The notes under the pieces are model-generated. The model had not been told where the DNA came from. It searched no databases and saw only the letters and a program-made list of their open reading frames with translations. From Azolla caroliniana (Eukaryota; Plantae; Polypodiophyta), in contig JBHGNT010000014.1 in NCBI GenBank assembly GCA_043228905.1, forward strand, positions 12,586,001 through 12,650,000: a stretch of DNA of 64,000 nucleotides. Direction: 5' to 3'. Both the position numbers and the translations under genes were made by a program. Positions 25,588 to 39,800 of this stretch are shown here, one piece after another (positions within the stretch are counted from its first letter, which is position 1; the number at the start of each line of letters is the position of its first letter).

Positions 25588-27285
25588 ATGGGTTGTGTCT
25601 CTTCTAAGCGCCCAAGAAAGAAACCCACCTTCTTCTATCCTCATTCTCGCACCGTTTACAATGATGTTAAGAATAGGTCCTTCTATTATGAAGGAAATGA
25701 AGGAGCAGAGCATGTTGTTTCCTTGACATCAAGCTCCTATGGGATCTTCAATTGTCATCTGGATCAGAAGGCCTCGTTTTATCAGGACAGTGATGATGAT
25801 TGTTGTGATGATGGTCTTGCACTCTCAAGAGTGGAAGGAATTAGGGCAAATGATGAATTTGGATTTCTCGTGGGAAATGAAGAAGAAGATGATGAAGATA
25901 GAGAAGAAGAAGAAGAAGAAGAAGAGGGAAAGAAAGATGGTGGTAAAAGGATAGAAATGGAGATGATTAACACTTGGGAGCTGATGGAAGGATTAGAAGA
26001 AGAAGAAGAAGAAGAAGACATTAGGAGTATAGGATCATCCCCTCTTAGGGGTGGTTTCGATGGAGGAGGTAGTAAGCTTTCTATCCTACCCATAGGAACC
26101 ACCCCTAGTAATTTTGATGCCTCCCTCGGTAATGTTGACTTCGACTCTCCCATATGGAAGAAATATTACTGCCTTTCTCATCCACTAGATATGGCGGTGA
26201 TCAACAATTCACCTTTGCACCCAAGCTCTCCTTTCAATGTTTCGCCCCATAGAACTCCCCCGCAATGCGAAACCCCTCTTGTTGACCTAGAAGAACGTGA
26301 TATTATGACCGCGATGCCTACGATGATCATGAACACTTTGGTCGGCTCCAATGTGATTAGGACCTCGGGGTTGAAGCTCCTTCTCAATAGCAATAGTGCC
26401 ACAAATTCCCCATCTTATTTACGTCCTTCTCAATTGGAGAAAGCTTACCATTCTAGGTCGAGAAAGTCAAGTTTTGATGGCAACATTGAGCATTTGTTGC
26501 ACTACCAAGTTGTGTCGAGTCCTTATAGAAAAAGTCCCAACATGGTGGGGGGCACACTTGCTAGGCAACCTAGCAATGGGTCATCTAGTAGCCCCTTGTT
26601 TGATCCATCTCTCATGGAAACTTTTGAGCAAGCTCTCAAGACAACTATTAATGTTGGTGTTGATCTTCATTCCGTGTCTAAGATTATGCCCATTGATGAG
26701 GATGAGGAAGTGTCAAGTAACGGTGAGGCAATCGTCAACAACCAATATCCGCTTTGTGGGAAGGGGGATGCAAGCAACCTCCAATCCTGCCTCACCAACT
26801 ATCGCCTCCGATGTCCGCCTCGAGGAGAGAATAAAGTGGTCTTATATTTCACTAGCCTTCGAGGAGTGAGGAAGACTTACGAAGAGTGTTGCAATTTAAG
26901 GCTCATCCTCCGCGGTTTGGGAGTTTCGGTAGATGATCGAGATGTTTGGATGCACTCAAAGTTTAGAGAAGAGCTCATTGATTTGCTTGGGGACGACCTC
27001 GTCAAGGGGGTATCTCATGTGCCACAACTTTTTATCAAGGGAAGATATATTGGTGGATCAGATGAGGTGAAGCAACTACATGAAGAAGGGCTTTTGACAA
27101 AGTTGATGGATGGTCTCAGAACAAATATGTTTCAAAAAATATGTGATTGTTGTGGGGATGTGAGGTTTGTTCCATGTTTGGTTTGTAATGGAAGCCGCAA
27201 AGTGGTTCTCCGCAACTTTGAAGTGTCTCGATGCCATCAATGTAATGAAAATGGTCTTGTTATGTGCCCGATATGCATCACTTAG
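25588..27285 (+). CDS. Plant glutaredoxin-domain protein with C-terminal CxxC cluster (At5g39865/At3g28850-like GRX-like family), intronless
   Basis: MGCVSSK start, HVVSLTSSSYG, INTWELMEGLE, LFDPSL, KVVLYFTSLRGVRKTYEEC, PQLFIKGRYIGGSDEVKQLHEEG and CDCCGDVRFVPCLVCNGSRKV..CHQCNENGLVMCPIC. The ORF track start (25300) is probably too early. Confidence 0.93.
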   Translation: MGCVSSKRPRKKPTFFYPHSRTVYNDVKNRSFYYEGNEGAEHVVSLTSSSYGIFNCHLDQKASFYQDSDDDCCDDGLALSRVEGIRANDEFGFLVGNEEEDDEDREEEEEEEEGKKDGGKRIEMEMINTWELMEGLEEEEEEEDIRSIGSSPLRGGFDGGGSKLSILPIGTTPSNFDASLGNVDFDSPIWKKYYCLSHPLDMAVINNSPLHPSSPFNVSPHRTPPQCETPLVDLEERDIMTAMPTMIMNTLVGSNVIRTSGLKLLLNSNSATNSPSYLRPSQLEKAYHSRSRKSSFDGNIEHLLHYQVVSSPYRKSPNMVGGTLARQPSNGSSSSPLFDPSLMETFEQALKTTINVGVDLHSVSKIMPIDEDEEVSSNGEAIVNNQYPLCGKGDASNLQSCLTNYRLRCPPRGENKVVLYFTSLRGVRKTYEECCNLRLILRGLGVSVDDRDVWMHSKFREELIDLLGDDLVKGVSHVPQLFIKGRYIGGSDEVKQLHEEGLLTKLMDGLRTNMFQKICDCCGDVRFVPCLVCNGSRKVVLRNFEVSRCHQCNENGLVMCPICIT

Positions 27286-29899
27286 TTATCTCGAATGGGC
27301 TTGGTACGTGCCCAATGTGCATCAAATAGTTGGGAGGCATTGGTCTTTTTGAAGTTCAATTGGATCAAGGCTGCACACATGATCAATAAACAAGTTGTAT
27401 GGAGAGGTTTTGGTGGAATAATATGTTTGGGGATGGAGCGTAAAAACAACATGTCCGGACCACCACAGAAGAATGCGGCTTATGTCTTCATGAATATGAA
27501 GGTTCCCAATCACACAAGAATGGAATTAAATCATCCATGGCAAGTTCCCAAGTTCATATCACCACCAATATTCCGTTACTCTACCATCCTCATGGGAGGA
27601 AATATAGATTGCCATAGAGTTCCAAGTGTTTTTAGAATTGTGTTTATTCAGAGTGTAGTGTAGTGTTCTTATTTCTTGTTGATACCCAAATTTCCTCTCT
27701 AATAAGTTTGTGTTCCCTATAGTTTGCAATACTTCAATACTTTAATAATAATGGGGATACTTTCTAGCCATAGAAATATCGTTTATACACATCTAAACAA
27801 GAATTTCAAAATTTGAGTAGAAATTGTTAAGTCATGGGACAAATAAAGATGAACCAAATTCAGTTAAGAGCGTTAATCAAATGTGTAACAAGCTCTTGTA
27901 GTGTGGGTTTGATTTTGAAACATGTTATTAAACATTGATATTATTGGTTTGTATTCTTGATATGCTTTATGGATTTTTTTGGTTTGTGACGATTACAAGT
28001 TGATTTTCTATTTCTATCTAATGAAGGTTTACTACAATAAAACCTAGTTTATTTTAAATAAGCAATTTTAGTTTTTGTGAAATTAGTTTTCTTTTCAAGT
28101 TTATTTTATTGGACTTGACTGCGATCTAATGTTAATTCTTCGCTTTACTTTACGTGAAGTCATAACTAATTGTACATTTGCAAATAAGAGGCAAGTGCAT
28201 CACATTTTGGTAATGTATGTACTATTGTGTTTGTTAGCATTGTATTTTAAAGAATTCTTTATCATTTTCATTGTTGTATTGTGAAAAATGTGTGAGTATC
28301 AGAGGTTATAAAGTTGTCTTTGAAGGAGCATGATTTCAAGCAAGAAATATGAGGTTTCATACCCACCATTGCTCGAAACTTTAGACAAGTTTGAAAATGT
28401 CCTTTGGCAGACAAGTGGATGGTAATCTTCACATTTTGTGTGTTAGTAGATTCTAGACAATCATTTATTGAATGGGCATCATCAACTTTTTCCCATGCAT
28501 AAGTTCCATTGGCAAATATAATTGTTTATTGTGTTATGTTTGGTTCTATCCACCCACATAGCATAGCGAAACACTCATTGTTACTCATGTTTTCCCATTG
28601 TATGCTTTTACTAGTGCCTTAGCAATCAGGTTGTCTCCATGCTCTACATTATCGTTTCCCATCTTCCAAAACTAGTTGGAACTTATCGTAACTTGAATAG
28701 GGATTACCAAGTTTGTAGATTAACCTTCAAGTGAATATCTCCAAATACTTGATCTAATGCCTACATTGTGGATCATTCCATTGTTTCACATTTAGTGTGG
28801 TCATGGAATGACTATAAACATTCTAGAACATTTGGAGACATTCATTATCTTTATCCCCTATTCATATCAAGTGTTTGTCCCTCTTCCTACCAAATTATGA
28901 TAATATCATGAAATTCCTTTTTGGTGCTCCCATGGAACTCTTATAGCTCAAATTCTACATAGTTATTTAGTACTCTTTTCTAGCATGTGCCTCATGTATG
29001 TGGTTTGTTTGATGTTTGAACACAATTTGTAGGCTAGCTAGTTCTACCTTCTCCTTACACTTCTCATTCATCATTAGCTTTATAATCTCGTCTCTTCTTT
29101 TTCTCTCCCTCACAACATGATTTTTTGGTGGCCTTGCATCTTTTTCCATCCTCTTTTTTTTTTTTTTTCGGCGTGCTTCCACCAGCCATATCTTTACATT
29201 CATTGAATCATCTCCATCCCATGTGGTTTGATCGCGTATCTTAGCCCCCATAACATGTTCCCTTCAAAGCTCCCCTTCTCCAAGTTTCCTATAATGCTCG
29301 ACTAAAACTTTGTTTGTTCATTGTCTTGGTTCTTTGTCCCACTGCCCACTCTAGTCTTGGAAAAGGTCAAGTAGTGTACCACTTGCACTCTTTTAACCGT
29401 AGTATCCTTCATGACATTCTTCAAACAAGCATTGCCAAAGTTGGTTCTGAATTTGATTTTCAACAAAGTTGATGACGTTTTACTAGTGAGCTTCTTGAAT
29501 ATCATCAACACCTTGTCTCTAATTGTTAGGAGCATCAAACCATATGCATTGATGCATTAATATATCTTAACATCCTTGCTAGATCATTGATAATTGTCCC
29601 TTTGTATGCCTACAAGAATTTCGTGTTCCCTTAAGCTTGCTTCTTAATTTCCAACTTCATCTTGTCCTCCTTATTGAGACTACCCAAATGACATGTTTCA
29701 TAGTTTAATATTCTCATGGAGACTCTTATTATAAAACTTCAGAGACTTAACTTGTCCTGGAAAATCCTTTTCCCATGAAAATATGAACTACCTTCCTTTT
29801 TAGACTATCTTTATTTCGTTCATGGTTTTATAGGACAATTAGGAATTGAACTAAGTTTTCCTTGTCTTGAAAATCTATCCTTTAATAAGGAAATCCATT

Positions 29900-31130
29900 G
29901 TTTAATAATCATAAGGAAATCCACAATATTATGATAGCTATTGCAAGATCATTTGATAAGATGCCAAATCTTAGCCAAATCATCAATGCTTTACTGATTA
30001 GGGAAGCTACCCATCAAAGGACGACAATAGAGAAATGGATAGGCTACGAGGAGGAGGGTTCTTTTATCCCAAGAGGTAGGGAAACACCAGACAAGATCGT
30101 AAGCTTTGAATTGCAAGACAATAAGACACCAACATAGAATAAGGCAGTTCAAGTACTAGCGTACATTGGGCATAAATGGATTGTGGATCCTGATCGTGTC
30201 AAAGTACAACCAGATTGGTACATATGTACTCACGAAAACACGTGGTTACGTAAGGTTAGTTGGGACCCTTTGCAATGGATATGGCATGATCTTACGCGGG
30301 GCAAGGAAGCAAACCCATCCCTTTCTTTCAATTCACAACTAGATTGGGTCGCCATATTCTAGCTGCTCAAATTGCTCGAGACCCGGCTGCTACAAAGGTC
30401 TAGGACACATATCAGGTTCCTCACACAATTATCACCAAGTTTTGGAAAAAAAACTGGAAACAACAACACGCACGACGAATCACCACTTTCTAGTGGCTGT
30501 TAATACATAGGTCACTACTGGTTGGTGATGGCATTGTGGGAACCTTAGCTCTCCTAATTGTGAAGTGTGCCCCAATGCAATAGAATCAATCTGACACGCT
30601 TTGTGGGATTGCCTAGAGGCTCATCGAATATGGCAGGGGGTTGGCCGATTATTGCAATTATGTCAGGTGCAAGGCTCAATCATGTGGGGAAATGTATGTT
30701 GGCTATCATGGCAGGCCCCAATTGACAATTACGAGAATCAGGAGGGGATGACTTTGGTGATAAAAGCAGAAGACGTTTTTTTCTCCACCATCGACAATGT
30801 CCACTCAACCTATCAATGCCAAATCTCAAGTTGTGTTGGAATTGGTCAGCCCAATAACTCTTTGGACTCCATGGAAATAACGGTGTCGACGGGTCTTCTC
30901 CAACCAAACCGCGCATTCAATAGCGTTAATGCAAGAGATATGGAGTGAAGTTGTAGCCACTCTAAAAAGCCAATATGATGGCCTCAAGGGCGACTCCGAT
31001 GGAGTTGAAAGACAATGACTAGCCTTCATCCAACAATGGTCGACCACCCCTTTATTGAGTTGGTAGATATCCACATAAGGTGGACCTATCGCGCCCCTCT
31101 AGGGATTTGTATATATTAATCCCATATGTA
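29900..31130 (+). mobile_element. LINE (L1-like) 3' fragment, zf-RVT region, degenerate
   Basis: KFWK..W...RITTF.WLLIHRSL, C.VCPNAIES..HALWDC..A.RIW pattern. Confidence 0.65.
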
Positions 31131-32572
31131 AAATTCTATAACTAATGGAAGGAGTTTTTTTTGGAAAAAAGAAGAAGAGTGTTAGTCAATTTCCACAAAA
31201 TTTTGATTGACACTTTAATATATTGCCAAACACTATATAAATCTTTCTTGGATATTATTGCCATTTCTATCTTCCATCCATGATTATTGTTGACATGCCA
31301 TCTCCATTTTCTTCTGTGTAGCTCTCTAGACATTAAATTCATCTTAGATCAATGTTTATCAAAGCCACTAACGACTAGGTTCCTTAATGTCCACAAACTT
31401 CATCAGGGTTTCTATGGTAGCTCTCACCAAGTGAGGTTAGGCTCGTAATATTGGTCACAATCTTTTCGTTATTTGTAGACCCTTCCATTCTAATTGCATT
31501 TGTGGGTATAGTCATTAGCTTCTCACATTACTCATTCTCAAATTTCTTTTTTCTTTCATAAGATCTATGATAACCTCACGATATCCTTCCTTTGATATCC
31601 CTAGGACTTCCCTTAAGTCTATGGTTTTCTCTATGTCCAAGCCCCATTTCATTGGTTTCCATCTTTTTAGACTTGTTTGCCTCTTCTTTTATTTTGACGT
31701 CTATTCTTGTGCCGTGTTTCTCAAAAGGGCCTTCTTATATATTTTCCCCTTTCCTCTTTCCATCATCCATGCACAATGTCTTCACAATTACAATTGGAAG
31801 CTTTGGTGTACTTGACTTCTCATCAACCAAGTCTATTCACCGAGTTCTGATTTGTACCTTAGCTTTCTCCTATCTTCATATCTTTAGGCCAAAAACTTCC
31901 TTTCTTTGGGCCTTCCAATATCATTTAGTAGTACATGAACCTTACACTTCCCATTTCTCTTCATCCATGATCTTCTTCATTCCACAAACCGAATTGATTG
32001 GAGGGCCTTTGAAGGTAAGATCATATCATTCTCATATTAGACGTGTTCTTGCCAGAGCATCTCTTGATAGTCCATGCAATATCTTCTCAAGACCTCATGA
32101 AACCTATAAAAAGAGAATGAGAGCTCATTGCCACAAATCAGAGTTTTGAGAGGAATCTCCAAGCTTTGTTAGCAAATGTATTATCTCCAGACAACGAATC
32201 TCGAGTCTATTGTGACGAAGTTATATCAGTGAAACATGAGTGGAACCATTGAGGAATTGAACCAAATAGTAGGGGTTTAGTCTATTGTTTTGTTGGAAAC
32301 TTCATGCTATGTGTCTATATTTTGTTTATTACCTAGATGGTTTGTCTTATTGATCGTTGATTCTATATTGATATATAAATTTTATTTGATACTCAATAGT
32401 AATTAACCTATTGGTTAATACAATGCTCGTAACTTTATAGGTGCAATTTGGAAGCATATGTAAAACATTTATGTGGAAAATTCGGCCTATACACACTCAT
32501 ATTATTAGTTTAGTCCTTATCTGAATGTTGGAGGAGGCCAAGGTTTGACAAGGAGAATATTGGATGAGAAGG

Positions 32573-32971
32573 TTAGATGAGGCAAATGTTCAAGGTGGAG
32601 AAGTGGTGAATGTTTGAGGTGGACAAAATTGGAAAACTATTTCCTAAAAATATTGATAAAGTCATCCCATGCACTAGGCGACTTTTGGGCATTGCAGAAC
32701 CCACTCCACCAAACAACAATTTACCCCCAAGCTCACGATTGACATATGCAATCTTGGTATGATTGGGCTTGGGATGGATCTTGAAATTAGACTCCCGATG
32801 ATAGAGCCATGTACTAAGGGTTTCGTCGGTCCCTTCCTTCTTATCACCTATGTAAGGTTTCATAACAAAGGATGGTTCACCTTGCTTCTCCTCTTTCAAG
32901 GAAGAATTCACGTGCATCCGATACGCGAGATTCACGAATTCTCTGAGATTTCCAAATCGTATAAAGCTCAA
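32573..32971 (-). pseudogene. Retrotransposon gag-like remnant
   Basis: KPYIGDK..TLSTWLY..KIAYV pattern; short and degenerate. Confidence 0.4.
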
Positions 32972-33849
32972 TTAAGGTAGAATTGATGTCATGTTCTATT
33001 TGGTGCCAATATGCTTCAATAGGAATAGTAGTGTACGTGGTAGCTAGCGCCATGGGTGTATTGTCACAATTTATGTCTGTCATTTATTTGCGCCATTGAG
33101 ATGTCTAAAGCAAACAATTGGTAATATTTAGGAACTTATGTTAGAAAACATAATAGTATTGGACAAGATTCAACAACATCATTTGATAAAAAATCTCACG
33201 TATGTACCCCTTTGGACGTATGAGAATACAGACACTATTACAACTCTAAGATTTTTTAACAACCATGGAGAAGACATAATGAAATGTTTGTTCTTTAACT
33301 CCCTGAGGCTCAACCATGGTTGTCGACTAGAAGGCTAAAATATAAGGATGAACTGCAAACAATGCCCACGTAGGTGATTTTGGTTCTTTAAGTCCAACTC
33401 TGGGACCCCAAATTGCACAAAACAAATGCAAGAGAAAATGCCTACATTTTTTAAAGTTATCTCAAGTTTTAGAAACACTTCTTTTTGTTATCATGAGCAA
33501 ATTGTTCACACGTGATACTCGTCTATCTAACGATAGAATTCGCAAATGTGTGTAATCTTATGGTTCATCAATTTTTTGATTTGTTGTGGTTAAGAAAATT
33601 TGTGTAGATATAATTAATTACTGAACCCAATTGTAAAAATAAATATCCTCAAATATAAGAATGTAGGAACTTTTCATCGAGAGTGCATCCATATTTTATT
33701 TATTTATTTATTTTGTTCAATTAGATAATATAAAATAGAAAAACAACAATAAAATTAAAGTAGAAAAAAAACCCTAAACCGGGGACACAAATAACTCAAA
33801 CAAGAAGATTCTTTGGACCTTTCTTTCCACTTTAAAGCGAAAATCTTTG

Positions 33850-34400
33850 ATCTCAAAAATGGAAAAAGAGCTTGAACGAAGAATAGGCTCACGGTAACTA
33901 TTGGAATGTTGTAAAATGATTTAAAGAGGGACGTAGCTTATCTAACTCGTAGTCAATCAGGCTATATGATCTTTGCGTGGCCCTTGGTTGCACTCGTTCC
34001 TTTGCATGGCATAATTGATGCAAGAAGTATACCGTTCGTAAAGGTAATGTTTCTCCAAGAAAGAAATGAAAGGTGGTGATGCCTTCCAAGCCGAGTGAGA
34101 AGAATAAGTTAGACAAGAAGGCTATGAATGAGCAACGCTTTGAATGCCTCCTTGGGATCCTGGAGTAAAATGATTTGAAACTTTGCATGTCAGTATCAAA
34201 AATTGCTACCTTACCACTTGGTTATACTCCATACAATGGTAAAGATTGTTTTTAGAAGCAACCCTTAGAGAATGGAATTTGCTTGCCTTGCGCTATGCAC
34301 AACATAGTGAAATACCGACGAGTTCGGTATGGCACGTAAATAGGCTTAGTAGGGCTCAAACCTACATATAGCTATTGATATAGAGTGGTACATCTAAAAC
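33850..34400 (+). pseudogene. Ty3/gypsy protease-RT/RNase H remnant
   Basis: Degenerate LDKKAMNE..LLGI and LATLPL-like segments, with a downstream LVGLKP. Confidence 0.35.
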
Positions 34401-36005
34401 AACCCTAAAAAGGCATGATTCCAAGAGGATACTTGGTAGGTCCCACCACCACAACCATATATAGAGCCATGTCGAGTGTGGATGAGGCATTGTGTTTTTT
34501 CATGTTTTAATTATTCTTTTATTAATAATATTAAATTATTTTTACCACCACTAATGTAGATAGAATTTTCGCCAACGATGGAGCGAATGTAGGCGATGCC
34601 AAATACTAGCAGTGTTGATGTTGATGTTGAGAGCACCAAATGCAAAGATCATCAAGTGCAACTATGTGGCATGCTATTGACAGTAGGTAGTAGGACAGGT
34701 CACCTATGAAATTGATGTGTAGCAGCTTGCATGTTATGTCACATGTTGTTGGCCTAAGTCACACACATCTATTGTGCACAAGTCTCTTGTTGTACCTCAC
34801 ATAGACATATAGCAAGTCATCGAGTATGTAGCAAGTCTGCAATAGGTCGCGTGTTGTGTAACAGGTTACCATGTTACCTAGTGCTGCCACACACACCATT
34901 GTGGGGATATCGGTGTCATGGGACCTACAACTTGGTTGCAACACACCAAAAACAAGCCAACATAAGAAAACGTTAACTTTCCTCTAATACCAACTATTAT
35001 CATCTTAATTAATGTTAATCACAATAAAAAATTAAGAAGGAAAATAAAAAAGAAAGGTGAGATGAATTCAAGACCCCTGTCGATGTTCCATACCACTTTG
35101 TATGGACATGGATTGTAAGACCTTCATTGTCAATAATAACAATTTGTAGTTTAGCATTATGCTTCATTACTGTCCTAATTTCATCACCTTGCTTGTTTAT
35201 GGTTTCTTGAAAATAAACATTTTCTCCATTGTGGCTGAATTTGTTACATTAATATCAAGAATCATTGATGATCTTAGATCATTATCGATTATACTCATGG
35301 ACCCTATGGCCGCATTACAAGCATTTTCCATTGTATGACTAAACCCTATGAGAAGTATACTTCTAAACCCTATAAGATGTGTTTTCCATTATAGAACCGA
35401 TCTTCCTCGATCATAACATAGATCTAATGATGAGATTCGATTCAAGCCATAGCTTTTCAATATTGAACCTCATATGACCAAGTAATGGATAATGCGAAAA
35501 ATCTTCATTTGGCATCATTGTCCTCCCTTCCCATTCTTTCAAGTTTTCACCAAAGATGTAGTGTATATCATGCACATGTGTGCAACTTGAATCATTAAGG
35601 GACCTAAACCAAGGAAGATATTATTCCAATGACAAGATTCTTGGATTAGCATCATTTGTTCGCAAAGTAAGCTAGACAAAATGCATGCATGTGCTCTTTG
35701 TGCTCTTTTTTGAGTGTTTGGTCTCCTTTCGGCTCATCCAATCAGAATTGTTGGTCTGCATATCTTGTGTTACCTCATCATATGATGGTTGTGGCATTGG
35801 TCTCATAACATAAATCTTCATGTATTAGGCTCACTGCAATATGATGGCTCTTGCATTGGCCTCATAACTCGACTCTTCATGTATTGGGCTCATTGCCTCG
35901 ACTCTTAGCATGTTGGGTTGAAAGCTTGAACCATTCTCGTGTTGGGATCATGAAATATGGTATTCTTAACTATATAGATAGTTACTACATAAGAAATCTA
36001 CCAAG

Positions 36006-36038
36006 AACACCGGGTCATTTGAAACAGGTAATATGTCG
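36006..36038 (+). repeat. Left terminal inverted repeat
   Basis: aacaccgggtcatttgaaacaggtaatatgtcg. Confidence 0.95.
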
Positions 36039-36803
36039 TATTCTCTTTTGGCATAGTTGGCCAGATGTAGAAAAGTACCCTATTTTAGCCGGATATCGAA
36101 AATATACGATGCATGCATACCCCTTTTGTGACTTGATGGTTAAATATAGAACAAAAAAAACCTAGCAATTACTAAATTGTATATGTGTCCACATTCGTGT
36201 CAATTTGCATATCATGGAGCACAATTGAAGACTTGGTTCAATATAAAGTTCTAAAATTGGTATCCATATTCAAATTGTAGAGTAAAACTACATAAACCGT
36301 AATTATAAATATGTGGTTTTGGGTTTAGGAATAAAGTAGTACCCCACTTGTTGGACGGGTATATCGATAGTTTCATTGTATAATGTCATATAGTTCATGA
36401 CAATGTAATTGGTAAGAGTAACAATTATGTACGACATTCATTTATACTATGTGGAACCAGTAGACTTGAACCGTAGGTAACTAAAAACCTCTTATTATCA
36501 AAAAAATTCGCCTTTTCATATACAGTCATGCTAACGGAAATGAGAAATTACAATATCATGTTAATATCTCAAACTGAAGAAGAGCATGGTGACCAATTAT
36601 ATGTAAATACAAACAACGGTTCCAATAATGATTAAAAAGGGAAATTATGAACAGGTGAATTTAATTAAACGATAAACAATTACAGATGTTCTCATATACA
36701 AATATAATATGAAGTGATGGTGAACATTATGCCTCAAAATCCTCAATTTTTACATTACGCCATCTACATCAATCTATAAGCAAATCAGGCAGAGCAGGCT
36801 CCT

Positions 36804-39800
36804 CTACGCTGATTGTTCTAGACTGTTTTCATTCGTGTCATCTCCAAGCTCTCCCGAATCTGATGTATGGTCAAACTGTGCTACATCTTCCAGGTCCACC
36901 AGCTCCCCTGCTTCTTCATCAATTGGTTCCATTGGTTCTCGTGAAGTCATCTGGAACATCTCTGTCTCGTTGATGTGTTTTGCTCCGACTTCTTGATCCT
37001 GATCTGGACAGTCCCAGATTCCTGTGATCCTCATTTTGATGAAGTTAACTTGAGCAGGGTCCTTCTCCAATGCAACACAGTTTCTAAACATCTTCAATGC
37101 ACAAGCTGTCGTTGTACCTAATGGTCGCATGAACACAAACAAGTATATATAAGAAGTAACGTCTTAAACTTGATAGACAAGATTGAAATTAAATATATAT
37201 ATTATACCTGTGCCAGAGAACAAGTCTAGGACCCAATCATCTGGATTCGAGAAGAGCTCTATGAGGCGGTTGATCAATCTTTGAGGTTTTTGATAAGGGT
37301 TCACCATACTTTTATCCCCTGACACATGTCTTAATTTTTTGGTTACAGCTAGGCACATGATGTAGTTAACCACGTTACGCTCATTGACATGTGCTCTAGC
37401 CTTCTTCTTTGTAATTGAATCATAGTAGCCCACACAAAAATGTTCGACCGCACTAACCATTCGATCGCCAGGGCTACGTGTAATATTTGTTTTGATCCTA
37501 TAGAGAAAGAAAATCAAGTATTAGAGGTGTAAATGTGTACATATAATAAGAAGTACTGTAATGAGTAAAAGCGAACTATAACGCACCAATGCATGTGTTC
37601 AGTGGCATGACAACGTGACTTCAAAGCTGTTGTGACTGACAGTGATTGCCCCATGCTATGAAATATGACTATCCTCCACAAGGGGGCCAATGTCAGTTCT
37701 GCGAAATCCTTTACCATTTTCTCGATCTGAGGGTACTTGAAAGGCACATCATCATATGTTGATCCCGCAATACGGAAACCATATGGTATGTCAGCTATCA
37801 GCAAAGTGTAGTGCCTTCTCGGTAACAGTTCGAGCATCTGGGATACTTCGCCATTGAAAACACTATAATGAAGCTGTTTGAAAGGATCGGACCTATGCAA
37901 AAAACTCTTTACAGTCTCCGAATCCTCGGGCAGTTCCATTTCCTTCCCTTTGGTCATTCTCTTCTCATATTTCGCACGTTCTAAGTGCGTGATGAAGGCC
38001 GCTGGAATACCGTCATTATTGTCGTTGTTCTTTTTCGATTTTGATGGTTTCTGCAAGTGTCATTGTTGTTAGCAGGGAACATTACTTTCTAACATATCAA
38101 CATTCAAAAGACACATACCCATTCTCTAAATACAATAAAATATTCCTCCAATGCCTTGTAGGAAGAAGTTATCGGGCAGGCTTGTTCAACTTCTTCCCAT
38201 GTCGGTAAACTCAGTTTTTGCATCATCAACTCCTGAATCTTCATGTATACCTTGTGACTGCACAATCAATATGAAATTAGAAATAAGATATTCAAAATAA
38301 TTGAAGACTTTCATGAAAAGGTATACTATAAACACTTACTTTTGCAAGTCTGTTACCATCTCGTCCAAACTAAATTCCTTGGCGACCACTCGAGATAGCA
38401 CGGATATTAACAATCTATCATCTTTGATACCTTGTAATGATCTCCAAGGTAAAAGTTTCATGTCCTCTGGTAACTCCTTGATTACCAAGTCGCTTTTTCC
38501 CTTGGTCTTTGATTTCATCTCAACTTGTGGATCAATTCTTCCCTTTTTTGATCTTTGCCCCTTGACTTCTTTCCGCTCCCACATAGAGAATATTTTGTCT
38601 TGGAGATCCCACACCTCTCCGGTCCGAAAAGCTAGTTGAAACCAAGAATCATATTTTCGGAGACCTTCGGATTTGGTACTCTCATCCACTGCAATCCCTA
38701 CTTCCAATAAACACTAACGTCGCAATCCAGGCCACAATCTTGGACCAAAACGATTCAAGGCATCGAGGTATTCATGATGAAAAAATCTTATCCTCTCTAT
38801 ACATGACATCTTTTGCCTATAATCGTTGTCATTGTTATGGTCCCATGCGAGCAGCTTCGCCTCCTCGTGAGTTAGTCCTGCATATACCTTACATTCGGTG
38901 TATTTGAAGAACGGTGTGAGAGGATATTCTTTGACAAGCTGTCGTCGAGCTTCGGCCGAATGTGATCCTCCGATTACATAGTATGTGTAATCGTCTGCAG
39001 AGCTATACTTGAAATCTGCTACTGTTGGGCATTGTTCTTGATCAACCATTACCAAAAATGGCACCACAGTAGCGTGAGGATTGATTTTCATTTTGCTTTT
39101 CAGGTTTTGCACATGGACGGAGTGCGGCTCCCTAATTTCCAAGGGACGTCTTCCAGTCACGGGGTCAATGGGGGGCCTTTGGATAGAAGTAATGGGCAAA
39201 TGAAATAGCTGGCCCCTGCGCACAAGTTTAGTCTTCACAATATTTTCTCTTATTTTATTTTGTTCTGACGTCAGGACACCAGAAGATAGTTGTCCGCCTG
39301 GAGCCACGACGTCGACTTGTTGGTCGTCTTCTTCTTCCACGAACTCTAATATTTCTTCTTCTTCTTCTTCGGGTCGTGGTCGTTTAGTATATTTCTTTTG
39401 AACAGGATTTGTCTTCCTAGACTTTTTTGGTGGAGTTTCTATTTCACCGGTCATCATCTCTCCTGTCACGTACGGCCGAAGAGCTACCAACAAGTTATTT
39501 TTCGTTTGCAGGTCTTTACGCAAAGCCTTGGGATTGCAAGATTCGGGTACTAGGTTTCCCTCATCAAGTCGCAATCGCCTGTTGCCAACTGAGCTTGAGA
39601 CGTCGATTAAAATACTTGTAGAGTGAATGTCTTCGTACTCTAGCTTGGTTACATGCCCGTAATTAAATGTTTTTCCAAGCTGAAGTTTCCCTTCCCCGTC
39701 CGATTTTGCCGTTATCAATAACAGCACCCCATCCTCCTCGACATAAGAGAGACACCATTCAAGTTCGGGATAATCCTTATATTTCACCTCAACCGTTTTC

